Shown here piece after piece: positions 50,413-61,702 of a stretch of 64,000 bases of DNA. The position numbers and the translations under genes are program-made. The stretch lies in the NCBI GenBank assembly GCA_977018835.1, contig OZ361261.1, positions 496,001 to 560,000 of the forward strand, in the 5' to 3' direction. Each line of letters begins with the position of its first letter. Position 1 is the stretch's first letter. The notes under the pieces were generated by a model. That model had not been told where the DNA came from and searched no databases. It saw only the letters and a list, made by a program, of their open reading frames with translations. This stretch comes from Minutocellus sp. GHC0000111 (taxonomy: Eukaryota).

Positions 50413-50977
50413 ATCTCCCTTCTTACTAGATCTATGTCATAGCTAGACTCAACATTGCCGCTATCATGCTGCACGAGGAACGTACATTGTACTCAAATTT
50501 CATTTTATTGACTCATCGATGCTTATTTGTTTATCATTTCAATTCCATCAAATTTGCTTCTCCCCGCAATGATGCAAAACAAAAGGCTGCAAAGGCACAA
50601 AAGAGCGGCGGTAGCGGTCGGTAGTTTCTTCTTCATACGTACCGGTAGGCTAGAGTTCCCCTAGCACCGTAGGCCTCGTCTTATCAGAAGTGACAATGGA
50701 TGGACCTGACCTCTTCACAAGGAAGGAAAAAAAATACATGTAAAGAGATGTAATTTTAGAGAAGTGATTGCCGCCACAGTGTACAGATGCGCTGATGGGC
50801 ATGAGTTATCCACCATTTTGCCTTAGCAACAGTCTCATACCGGTAACGGTAGATCTAGATCTGCATCTATTTTGCTTGACTTGTTACCTGCAGGAGGTGG
50901 TGTTGGTTCCTGAGACTGACTCACTCGACTCGATGACTCGACTCGGCCTCATAACCCATTGCTATTTGCCGCTGGCC

Positions 50978-53554
50978 CACAGCACCATCTGCCAGCCGGA
51001 TGACTCGCATACTTTTGGTCGCACTTTCGGTGGCCGGCCGGCGCGCCCAACGCGAGCCACCATGGCGGCAAAAATTCAAATTGCCGCCGCTACGTGCAGA
51101 ACGAAGGCGATATCTCGCGCTGGTGTGGGAGAATTACGGCACGAGACCAACCAGGTGCTCCCGACATCCTGGTGATATTCCCGTTGGTCTCGATCCATGT
51201 GTAATTCTCCATGAGCAAAAAAAATAACGGCCGCAATCCCGCGGTCAACACCGCAGACAGAGTTGCGGTGCAGGACGCCCTGGCTGAACCACTCGTCCGT
51301 CTTCGCAGAAAGGAACTTCATTACTACAATTTCATCGGCAACAACAACGACTCCTTGATGAATGTGTTGGGATGCAGTCCCATCATGCACGGCGCCGTCA
51401 TGTGCACTGCGGGCATCTCTTGGGTTTGAAGAAGAAGAAACACGAAGAAGACTGCGATGTGTTTTTTGTGAGGACAGACAACCAGAATGGATGGGATGAA
51501 ATGGTATCAAGACACTGCCTTGCCGACGACGTTCAGCGAACCCCATGCAAAAAGAGCATGTTTGTTCGCCTCGGTTCTGCATCAATCCTCGTGCAGCCGA
51601 CGCTCTCCATGATGATGATGGATGGATGGCTTTCGACATGGTCTCACGGTCGAGCAACAATTTCGCCTCGAAATGCCGCCGCCGCGGCTCAATTTGACGA
51701 AGGCATGCAATGCACTCCTCAAGCCGGTCGCACAACACATGTCGGTGGGACATGCGGCGATGGACTGCGAAATCAACAGGCAGATGTTGCTCGAGGCCCA
51801 GAAGCTCCCTGCTGGTGGGCACAGTGGCCAGGACGATGGGTGGGACAATGACGACGATGTTGGGACGGTGGGCACCCTGACCACGACGGAGGCCGGCGAG
51901 ATCAGTGAGGACGATGACGACGAAGACGAGGACCATGTGCCCTGTTGTGAGGACGAAGCTGATGTTGCAAGAGAGGACGCTACACATGAAGCATGCATGC
52001 AGCAGTGCTTTGAGAAGAATCGTCAGAAGCACGGTGATGGCGAGCCAGAGATGGGAGCTGTCGATGATGCCGAGGATGACGATGCCCCTCACTTCCATTT
52101 CCTGAAAAAGGCCGGCATTGAGGCGGCCGACTCAGGTAAAATAAGGGCAGTGCTGGCAGAATGCTGGAGAGCTTTGTCTCTGTTAATGTTTCTGATGGCA
52201 ACAACAAGAAGAAACCAAGGACAATGGAGTTCATCCACCACAACACCTCCACCAAAGGAACTCTCCTAGAGCACAATCGCGAGGAAGATGGCATGACGGA
52301 TGACGACATCAAAGAGCTCTGCAAAGCTTGCTCTAATTTGCTCCACACTCTTGACGCAATGTGTTCCAGGTTTCTGAAATGGTGCATGAAATGGGATGAT
52401 GAGGCAAAGAAGGCTGTGAGAGAGCTTGAAGCATTGATTGCAAGTGCCCTCAAGCAAGCACGGGCAATCGGTGTTAGCACAACGCCCAAGTGGCACTTAC
52501 TCGAAGATCACATCTTGGACCAACACATTTGGCTAGTGAAGAATGGATGGGGCGGCATCTGTTGGCTCGACGAATCGTTTGTAGAGCGAGCCCACCAAGA
52601 GGGCGTTAAGGAAGATCGTCGGACTCAGGGCGTCAAGGGATGTGAAGCCCAACAGACGGCGCAGTTCAAGGCTGAGGAGAGGGCATCCAATCCAAAGGTC
52701 GAGGAGAGGCGGGAGCGAAACTCTCGGGTGGCAAGAACAAGGAAAAGGACAAGGACCGAAGCTGTTAAAGCAGAAACTGATGACAAGCGCCAACAAATGA
52801 TCATGATGGCCACCGATGGAGATGAGGATGTAGAGATGGGAGCAGGGCATGTGTAAAATTAGAAAATGAAATTACACTGCTGCTGCACAATGACAAATGA
52901 ATTGCATGGTCCAACTTTTACAAACAGCATCGCGATTGAGCAAACAAACACATCACGTCCTTCTTAACTCACCCATTTATCTCCCAGACCAAAAAGTCCC
53001 TTTGTCGGGTTGATTGTTGCATAAACTTATCCCAACACTATCTGTCTCTCCTCGGGCGCAAAAATGTTGTCGGAGTTCCGGGAGGTCGAGTGGGGATGCG
53101 ATCGGTCGGGATCAGCGAGAGTCGGTCATGCGGGGGGTGCGGCGCAATCCCGGCAGTTTATCATCAACAACAACGTGGGAAAGTACCAGAGGGTCTGGGG
53201 CATCACAACGGGAGCACGACGAGCACAAAGACGGAGCAATGGCACCACCCCGGAGAAACGAACGGCCGACAGATGGAGGAAAAGTAGGCCGATGGTTCGT
53301 GGCGTTGATACGCAGCGGAGGCCAATCTGAGGATACAGTAAGCTTCAACTATATCCAAACATGATAATGAATGCGTATTTGGTACGAAAATATAGTTATA
53401 CGCCGGCGCAACGCCGACGGACCACCATGGTGTTGGACGGTCAAAGAATGGGTGACGAACGAGATTGGGTTTTGGTGGGTTTCTTCGTGAAGTGTTCGCC
53501 TTCTGCCAAAAACCGCTTCATCCGACCGGCGAAACAAGACGAGATGGGGCTGTG
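50978..53554 (+). mobile_element. Internally deleted Chapaev/Transib(RAG1)-lineage DNA transposon
   Basis: Termini CACAGCACCATCT and AGATGGGGCTGTG (12/13 inverted match); GGCC direct repeat at 50974-50977 and 53555-53558; internal transposase relic. Confidence 0.88.
51211..52856 (+). pseudogene. Degenerate DDE transposase relic (frameshifted; only the C-terminal His-His/catalytic Glu segment recognisable)
   Basis: TPKWHLLEDH...GGICWLDESFVERAHQEG (about 52482-52604) parallels RAG1 YFHKTLAH...GSIGAWASEGNESGN and the corresponding Transib/Chapaev motif. Confidence 0.75.
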
Positions 53555-53607
53555 GGCCAGCCGCCGTTCGTGTCGTTGGGCGCTTGCTTGATGTTGCTGT
53601 GACCGAT

Positions 53608-55023
53608 ATGCCAGCCGCCATGGTGCCCAGGAGTTCCACCGCCGTTCTTCCCGGATACGAGGCACAGATATCAGACGGTGGTGTCGAACACTCAGAGGCG
53701 AAACTTAGTACAGCTGCCGCTGCTCTTCGAGAACAGCTTTGTGAATGCTCGGCGGGAAAGTCTGTCGACATCTGTGAGAGACCCTGTCGTCGAGACGACG
53801 AAACTCTGTCGTATCGATGCCGCGTAACATTTCAATTGCTCTGTAGTGGTGGTGACGGAGTTTGGGAGTACGCAATGCGGACCAACAAAAAAGCTGTCTC
53901 GATCAATTGTTCACGCTTTCCAATTGCTACGCTTCGAATTCAAGTGGCAATGGATGAGCTCATGCATTTGTTCAACGATGATACAAACGAATGCGCCACC
54001 CTCCTCTCGGCTCGACCGGCCTCGATTTCCTTTGCATCTTCTTGGGTGGATGACAAAGATCTCACAGTCACAATCAATTACACCGAGCAATTGCCAGCAC
54101 TATCAACTGATGAGGAATCTAAATGGTTGAGTGAAGCCGATGAAGTTCGAAGACAATGTAGGCTGACAAGTTTGACAGGCCGTTCTCGAAAACGCAAGCT
54201 AGTTTCGTATGACCAAAACAGCAACGACGGGGGCAATATTGTGATTAGGGACTCAATCACTATTTGTTACGATGTTGCACATGGAAACAAAATCGATGTT
54301 CTTGTTGGAGATTGCCAACCTCCTCACGAAGGGGATATATGCATCAAATATGAAAAGCCGGAGGATGCATTTGCTCATCCAAATGGCAATGCAATGAAAA
54401 TGGCATTAAGCTGGATCCTCACTCGCATGACCCTGATATCAAGTGAACTCCGCGACAACGACATTGGTCTCCTTGAGATGTACTGTGGTTGTGGCGCGCA
54501 CACGGTGCCCATAGCAAAAGTTTGTTCGAACATTTCATTTATCTCTTGCGTCGAACTGGATGAAAGGCTAATTATGGCTTGTCAGAAAAACTTGCGACTG
54601 AACCGAATTGATGCCGAATTCAAAAGACCAGGCAAAGGGTTGGAAAAAGAAAGGAAATCATCCGAGCCCGTTGTTCAACTATTCCGTGGTGATGCAGGGG
54701 AGTGGGCAAAGAAGTCAAGGCACAAACTGACCAGCAGGAAGAAAATTGAAGAAGTTTGCAACAGTAACACCACGTGGTATGGGCGAGATTATACCATTCT
54801 GTTGGTGGACCCTCCAAGAGCTGGTCTTTCATCAGATGTATGCCGGATGGCAATTGAGGGCAGCTTCCAGCACATAATTTACATTTCTTGCGGAAAGGAG
54901 GCATTGCTGAGGGATCTTACAATATTGAGTAGTGTGTTTGAGATTGCTGACTGCACGCTGATTGATTTATTTCCCCGAACAGATGCAGTGGAAAGTCTCG
55001 TGCATCTACGAAGACGCAAATAG
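53608..55023 (+). CDS. trmA: tRNA (uracil-5-)-methyltransferase, TrmA-like
   Basis: SYRCRVTF, AFAHPN, LLEMYCGCGAHT, LVDPPRAGL, IIYISCG, DLFPRTDAVE. Confidence 0.9.
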   Translation: MPAAMVPRSSTAVLPGYEAQISDGGVEHSEAKLSTAAAALREQLCECSAGKSVDICERPCRRDDETLSYRCRVTFQLLCSGGDGVWEYAMRTNKKAVSINCSRFPIATLRIQVAMDELMHLFNDDTNECATLLSARPASISFASSWVDDKDLTVTINYTEQLPALSTDEESKWLSEADEVRRQCRLTSLTGRSRKRKLVSYDQNSNDGGNIVIRDSITICYDVAHGNKIDVLVGDCQPPHEGDICIKYEKPEDAFAHPNGNAMKMALSWILTRMTLISSELRDNDIGLLEMYCGCGAHTVPIAKVCSNISFISCVELDERLIMACQKNLRLNRIDAEFKRPGKGLEKERKSSEPVVQLFRGDAGEWAKKSRHKLTSRKKIEEVCNSNTTWYGRDYTILLVDPPRAGLSSDVCRMAIEGSFQHIIYISCGKEALLRDLTILSSVFEIADCTLIDLFPRTDAVESLVHLRRRK

Positions 55024-55080
55024 GCGCATAATACATATGTCAGCAATCGCAGTTATGTAGTTATTGCCGCACCACTCTTC

Positions 55081-57648
55081 TCATGAACGAGTGGACGACG
55101 ATGTCCCGTCGTGATAATCAGTAGAATAATATTCGTTTTTTCCTCCGAACTTCGTGAGTGTTCCATCCGCAAGACGCAGTGTACCGACACAGCCGTCGCC
55201 GAAGGAAACATTCAGCCATGTACCCTCCCACCGAGCACCGTCATCAAAGGTGCAGGTCCCAGAGCCGTGCCTGATTCCCCTAACGAAGTTACCCTTGTAG
55301 CGATCTCCGTTGGCAAATCGCTTCTTGCCAAAGCCATTAGGGACTGGGAAAAGCTCTCTATCGTAAGTTTCATCGTCGTCATTGCAAACAGTCGCCCAAG
55401 TTGCTTTGCCCTCAAAGTGCGATCTATCTTTTCCCGTAATTGTCCATTCTCCATCAACCGGTTGATCGTTTACATAGGGGCCTTCAATCAAAACTCCTTC
55501 GGAGAAAATATGCCGACCATTCCCATGCCTTAGATTGCGTCGAAATTCACCCTCATAACGAGGGAAGGAAGTTCTGTCTTGCTTGGAAACGGCACCGTCA
55601 TTGGACAAGGATTGATGCAAATCATCAACATAGTAGCTAGTGCCTTTGCCATCTCTCATATCATCTGCCCAGTGTCCCTCATAAAGCGTGACGCCATCAA
55701 TTCCCTCCCTTTTTAGGATGCCAAAACCACAGCGTTTACCAAACTCCCATTGGCCAGAGTAGACGTGGCCATCGGGATAGGTCATTGTGCCTTCGCCGTG
55801 ATACTGACCGACGAAGAAATCCCCGACGAATACTGTCCCATCTCCCGCACAAAGCGTTCCTTTTCCATGGTATTTACCGGCCTTGAACATACCACTGTAT
55901 GATACCGATTCTGCGAGTAAAAGTGTCCCTTGTCCCTCTTTCTCATCATTAACGAAATGTCCTGAATATTTTGACATGGACGAGATAAGAATTCCAAAGC
56001 CATGTCTTAGATTGTTGACGTACATACCTTCGTATGTTGTGCCACACTTTCTTTCGATGTAGACACCGTGGCCTTGCCTTTGACCCCTGGCATCGAGAAA
56101 TCCATTGAAAGTGTCCCCATTTCCAAATTGATGGAGCTTCTTCTCCATATCTGCATGTTCATGCCCGATCTCTTCATCCAATGGTCCTTGGTATGAGTGG
56201 TTGGTATATTTATCGTCTTCTTTCTTTTCTGTCACAATTTCATCTTCCAAGGCAAAAAAATTTGAGCGTGATAATCTTCTTTGAAATGTTCTGAAGTGCC
56301 CTTCCGATTCCGCAGTTTCTCCTGAATCGCCACCAATAGAATTATCTGACTTGCTTGCAACAATGTGATCGATCTCTCCATATTCTTCTGCTAGCTTCTG
56401 ATGATGTTCCAATGTCAGTGCTGAAATAGCTGTATTCATATCGTCGTCATCATTGTCATCACCTTCGTCGTGGTCTGCTTCACATTCTTGTCTGAGTTTT
56501 GCCATAATTTCCACTACCCCTCCTTTATCTGACTTGGTTCTATTTGGCTCGTCATTGATCCAAAGGCCATCGAATTGCTCCCCATCGTTGTACACCAGCA
56601 AACCCATACCATGTCGCTTTCCTCGCTCAAATTCGCCATTGTATGCACCCTTGCGACCTGAATTGTACTTCATGGTCCCAATGCCATGGGGTTTCATATT
56701 TACTACGCAGCCAACATACTTGTCTCCATTTGCATAGGTGATTGTCCATCCGGGACCGTCACACGCTGCACCGTATCTGAAGATACCCTCCTTGGTGTTT
56801 CCATCCATATCTTTCAAAATACCGATACCGTGTGGTCTATTATTGGAAAAGTGGCCTTGATACACATCACCTGTTGGCAACTTCTCCGTGCCCTCCCCTT
56901 CTCGAAGATCATTTCGCCAATCACCCGAATATGATGGTCTGACATCCTTCTCTACTCCATCACCTTCATGGCTGGCTGCACCGAGCAGCAGCGTTCCAAC
57001 TCCATTACGCTTACCCTCGCGGAATTCACCGGTATAGACCGAAGAGTCTGGATAAGTCATCTTCCCACTTCCGTGATACAGGCTGTTTCGGAATTCTCCT
57101 TCGTAGGTTGAACCATTGGATTTGGCCAGCTTGCCTCTACTGCCATGAAACTTTCCACCAGGCGCAAAGGTTCCGGTGTATGTGAATTCTTGACAAATGA
57201 GTGTTCCCTCCGAGGGCTCGTCGTATCGATAGCTGCCAAGGAATTTCGACCCATCGGCAAATGTACAGACGACGCCATCGCCGTGTCGTTGCCCATTGAG
57301 GTACGGTCCGTCGTATGTTTCGCCCCTTGCGGCTAAGTCGGTCGTTTTCTGCTCTTCAACGAGCGATGCACCTAATGTCCGCGAGGATTCCCTTAAGAGC
57401 GAGCTGATCCCAGCGAGCCGACCTCGAGGTTTCCGACTGTCTGAAGTATCGGGCGTGAGGGGGATTGGCGAGGGATGTGGGTCAGGCGTAACTTTGTTCG
57501 ATGATTGAGAAGGTGCGTCACAGTCGCACTTATTGTGTGGCGTGGTGTGAGCAGCTCCGATCGCAGGCGTAGGCGTCTCCTCCGAAGACTGCGTAACGCT
57601 CGTCACCGACTGTTCGCGCACAAGCCCAGAGGCGATGGAAACGAGCAT
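55081..57648 (-). CDS. MORN-repeat protein
   Basis: Two arrays of YxGxF/W...HGxG MORN repeats separated by an acidic linker; first ATG at 57648. Confidence 0.9.
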   Translation of the reverse strand: MLVSIASGLVREQSVTSVTQSSEETPTPAIGAAHTTPHNKCDCDAPSQSSNKVTPDPHPSPIPLTPDTSDSRKPRGRLAGISSLLRESSRTLGASLVEEQKTTDLAARGETYDGPYLNGQRHGDGVVCTFADGSKFLGSYRYDEPSEGTLICQEFTYTGTFAPGGKFHGSRGKLAKSNGSTYEGEFRNSLYHGSGKMTYPDSSVYTGEFREGKRNGVGTLLLGAASHEGDGVEKDVRPSYSGDWRNDLREGEGTEKLPTGDVYQGHFSNNRPHGIGILKDMDGNTKEGIFRYGAACDGPGWTITYANGDKYVGCVVNMKPHGIGTMKYNSGRKGAYNGEFERGKRHGMGLLVYNDGEQFDGLWINDEPNRTKSDKGGVVEIMAKLRQECEADHDEGDDNDDDDMNTAISALTLEHHQKLAEEYGEIDHIVASKSDNSIGGDSGETAESEGHFRTFQRRLSRSNFFALEDEIVTEKKEDDKYTNHSYQGPLDEEIGHEHADMEKKLHQFGNGDTFNGFLDARGQRQGHGVYIERKCGTTYEGMYVNNLRHGFGILISSMSKYSGHFVNDEKEGQGTLLLAESVSYSGMFKAGKYHGKGTLCAGDGTVFVGDFFVGQYHGEGTMTYPDGHVYSGQWEFGKRCGFGILKREGIDGVTLYEGHWADDMRDGKGTSYYVDDLHQSLSNDGAVSKQDRTSFPRYEGEFRRNLRHGNGRHIFSEGVLIEGPYVNDQPVDGEWTITGKDRSHFEGKATWATVCNDDDETYDRELFPVPNGFGKKRFANGDRYKGNFVRGIRHGSGTCTFDDGARWEGTWLNVSFGDGCVGTLRLADGTLTKFGGKNEYYSTDYHDGTSSSTRS

Positions 57649-58245
57649 CGTCTTGAGTCTACTTAGTTTAGGTTTAGAGGTACGGCTCAATTCATCTTTC
57701 CAACTCGGGAATGGCAAATAAAATGATGCGAGATCGAGATCGAGAGTTAAGCCCGTACATACGTCGCGTGTGTACGTATCGTAGAGTCGAGTCGAGTGAG
57801 TCGAGTCGAGTCGAGTCGAGGAGTCAAACTTTCTCTCTAACGAATGGTGCGGTGGTCTGTGCAGGTCTGGACTCCTGACTCGACTTGACTTTCGACTCAC
57901 TCACTCGGTACGGCCGCCTCGATTTGATCGTACTGGCATTATGAATACACTACACACATGTGCCGGTAGGTAAATGGCATAGCGCGTGAATGATACGATA
58001 TTACTCTCCAGCACAGCTAGCAGCAAGCCAACCTCCCTCCCTTCCTGGACTTGGAAGGCGGTAGGCAGAGGCAACATGAAGAAAGCAAAAATTAAAACCG
58101 ACAAGACAAAATTAGCTCTTCTATTTATGTACTGATGTAATTCTCACAACAATTTTGGAATCTGCGCGGTGACTCGTTGCTCTTCACATTAATCAGCCTA
58201 TTCCTTTCATGCATTGGGCACGAAGAAGCGTGGTGATAAATGCAC

Positions 58246-59813
58246 TTAGTTGCCGCCGTTTTGCTTCTGCTTCTTGTATGCGGGCTCGACGGTAGTACTT
58301 CTAGCCTCGGCAGCACGAGCGTGGCCCTCGAGTCCCTCCAGCCGTGCCATGACGATACTGTCATTTACCATGGGTTGACTCGCCTCCTTGTCATCGATTC
58401 TCATCCAAGTTCTAATGCGGAGAAAGTTGAATACCGACAAACCTCCGGTGTAGCGACCAGTACCACCAGTGGGAAGGGTGTGGTTAGGACCAGCGCCGTA
58501 GTCACCCAAAACCTCGGCCGCGTGTTCCCCAACGAAGAGACCTCCGTAGTTCTTGCACTTCATGCCCACCTCCATGGCATCCTTGGTCTGAATTTCCAAG
58601 TGTTCGGGGGCGATGTCATCGCTGATGGCAATGCATGCATCGACCGAATCGCACAGAACGGCAAAGGACTGCTTGAAGGCCTCGCGCGCGGTGGACTGGT
58701 TGGGCTCAGGCAGGGACGTCAACTGCTCGGCCACGGCGGTATCAACATCATCAATCATCTTTTGGCTGTTGGAAAGGAGGATAGCCCTGGCCACCACATC
58801 GTGCTCGGCCTGGGCGATAAGGTCAGCAGCCACCACCTCGGCATTGGCAGTTTCATCGGCAATCACCAGCACCTCCGACGGACCGGCAAGCATGTCAATA
58901 CCACAGGGACCCGAAACGATCGACTTGGCCGCCGTCACCCACTTGTTTCCAGGTCCGACGATGACGTCGCACGAGGGGACCGCGACACCAGCGTCGGACG
59001 CGCCAACGCCGTAGGCCATGGCGGCGACGGCCTGGGCGCCACCGACGCAGAGAACGAGATCAGCGCCAGCAATGTGAGCGGCAGCCAGAGTGATGGGCGC
59101 CGGGCGGGGACTGGCGAGGACGACCGTATCGCACCCAGCCGCCCGTGCCGTAACGGCAGTCATAATCACAGAGGAGGGGAGGGGATAGCGACCTCCAGGT
59201 GCGTAGCACCCAGCAGCTACAAAACAAGAAAAGTAAGTAAGAATGAATGTGTGAGCATATCGTATCGTGCTTGTTGCTGGAGATGCAATGGGGAGCAGAC
59301 AAAATAGGCAGCCACAATACGAAACATACCTCTGCAGGGACTGACGGTGTGTCCAGCCTTGCCTCCGGGGATGTCGATCTCAATGTCCGTAACGCTCTTT
59401 CTCTGCGCATCGGCAAACGTCTTGACCCGCTGGTGGATGTTAACAAGGGCGCTGCGGTCGGCCTCGGCCAGAGCATCGAAGGCCTTCTTGCAGTCCTCAG
59501 CCGACACGGTGTAAGATCCGGCGTGGTCGGCGGGAATGTCCCCAAGGCGCTTGGCCACCTCCAGGAGCTTGGCAGCGTCGACGGCACCGTTTGGCGAAGG
59601 TCGCAGCTCGGCGATGATGTCCTTGGCCTGCCCGAGGGCGGTGGGATCGACTGGATCCTTGATCTCCATGGACACGTCGGCGGGAGACACGGGTGACAAC
59701 ATTCGAGTGGAGGACATGGCGGCGGTAAATGCAAATACTTGGGGTGACGAAACGAGGAGGACGAGCGGCAGAAGAAAAAGGATGTGTTGGGTCGTCCAAG
59801 AAGTGGCGGGCAT
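58246..59813 (-). CDS. hisD: Histidinol dehydrogenase with signal/plastid-type leader; intron 59217-59329
   Basis: [69 protein letters not shown]; leader ending in VFAF. Confidence 0.95.
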
Positions 59814-60211
59814 TGAAGTGGCGAAATCGAAATGATGATGATGAGCTGGGTTTTTGCTTCGCGCGCCACTCACGCCACTCGCCAGCCGTCCAAATTTTGT
59901 CTGTCCATCAACCGTTACCCTGTCTGTCCATCGACCGGCGAGTTCTTTTTTTTGTGCTGGAGACGTTTAGAGTAGGCCACACGCGTACGCACGCACAAAG
60001 ATGATTGCCGGTTGGCTGTGATGATGAATGACCCCTTCCAATCAGGCCTCGATGCAGGCCTGAATTCTAATTCGTGTGATTGCAAGTGGCTGGTCGTTGC
60101 AGAAAAAGAGCTAGAAAATGAATTGTTGCGGGTGCGGATCAGGCAGACTCAAGTTAGATTTCTATGTTTACATGTAAAAGTTACTTTCAATTAGCTTCGA
60201 GTCTCTCTCTA

Positions 60212-61702
60212 GAGTGATTCCACGAGACCGCCGACAAAATCGCCGTAAATAGTAAGGCACTAGGAATTTTTTTGTGCGATACTTTATGCAGCGCAAAAAT
60301 GAACCCACTAAATGGCCTCTCTCAACACGGCGAAAGCAAGGAGAATTCATCTCCACAAGAAGGCCACCAAATGATGGTATAACGATAAATAACTCCAAGC
60401 CAACCGATGTATACGCCAACTACATGCGTTAGGTGAGTATTGCATACTTGAAAGCAAACTCATTCGTACATGATGTGCTATTTTAGCAACATCTCCTCAT
60501 GCCCAGAAATTTTCAATATTTTTTTACCCTCAAAATGGCAAAGAATGATGGCTGATGCTTGTCTACATCCATTTCAATCCTCCCTGACCGGCATTACTTT
60601 CACTTGGGTAATATTGGGAGCAAGTTTGCGCCAGAGGGTCGATATTGGGCCCCATCTTTGTATCATTGTGGCCGTCACCATGGAAAGCAAAAACATCTGA
60701 AAGTAGCAAATCCCCAACTAAAACCCCCTTCAAGCCTCAACCACTGTTCCTTCACGCAATATCAGCACGCACGATGCTCATTCTATATTACATCCATCGA
60801 TCTCACGTGTTGGTTTGGCCGCTTTCTCCGGTTTCGTTCCTCTCGGGCGGCAGAAGCAATGAAGGTGAAATCTGGTGCCGACATCAGACACGGGACTTTG
60901 GGAATAGTTTTCTCTATGAATTGTCAAGAAATGCCACCACCCCCCACTCAAATGCGCTTGGTATATATATGGGTGAAGCGTCGACGGCTCAGTGCAACGG
61001 AAGTGGTGCATGGACCGCATAAAAGCATCCGGACCAACTTTCGGATGGGTGGTGTAATGGGGGTGGTAATGGCGCTGGGCCACATTTCGCGGTACAGGCA
61101 CGCACCGACGCACCGCTATCGCCCAAAAATCCCTTCCAGTAATATTCAGGAAGGCATCTAGGTGGTCAGAGTGTATGCGATGGCCGGGGTGGTGCTGTAC
61201 ATCGGGCGAACATGGTCGTGATGGAACGTCGGAAACTGTCGAAAAAATCGGGTCTAACGCGAACGAATTTTTCAAGGCTCAAAAAAGTAATTGCAAGTCT
61301 CCTGCTGCACCACAGTGTTGTGAAAGGCTATTACAAGGGTATGGTGCCCCGTAGTCTTGATTGTTCTCAATGGGAGGCACGTCGGCGACACATGTTGTGG
61401 CCCCATTCGTTGAACGAAATGGGTTTTGTTTCGATATAAAGTTTGATGTATTTTTTCTTTCTTGAAACAGCACAAGTGTATTCTACGACATAAAAATAAA
61501 TTTTCAAACAATAGTGTACCAAAAGAAACACTCTAATACCGTATCTATATCATGTGAGCACCAAGATCATTGTACCAACTTCCTTTTATTGTTGATTATG
61601 GTCTACAATACCCTTCTGAGTAAGGATCATCAATAAAAGGAAGTTGGTACAATGTTTACGAAACATCGCGGAGGGGGTGTCTGCTCTCTCGTGAAATCAC
61701 TC
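60212..61702. mobile_element. Non-autonomous TIR DNA transposon, Sola-like (GAG...CTC termini, 4-bp TSD)
   Basis: Left GAGTGATTCCACGAGACCGCCGACA versus right reverse complement GAGTGATTTCACGAGAGAGCAGACA; TCTA direct repeat at 60208-60211 and 61703-61706; no convincing ORF inside. Confidence 0.8.
61568..61654. repeat. Perfect 24-bp inverted repeat (28/29 when extended)
   Basis: CATTGTACCAACTTCCTTTTATTG ... CAATAAAAGGAAGTTGGTACAATG. Confidence 0.95.

Noticed and set aside
50971..53561. Longer 20-bp TIR beginning GCTGGCCCAC
   Set aside because: It gives no clean TSD. The extra bases are better explained as a palindromic target with a GGCC duplication and canonical CAC termini.
58240..59307. 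Long antisense ORFs (also 4696..5688, 15549..16580, 18283..19266, 27686..28630, 35150..36067)
   Set aside because: These are shadow frames of GC3-rich real genes with no recognisable motifs.
60559..61161. 200-aa ORF inside the Sola-like element as a transposase
   Set aside because: Non-ATG start and no recognisable DDE/DDD motifs.
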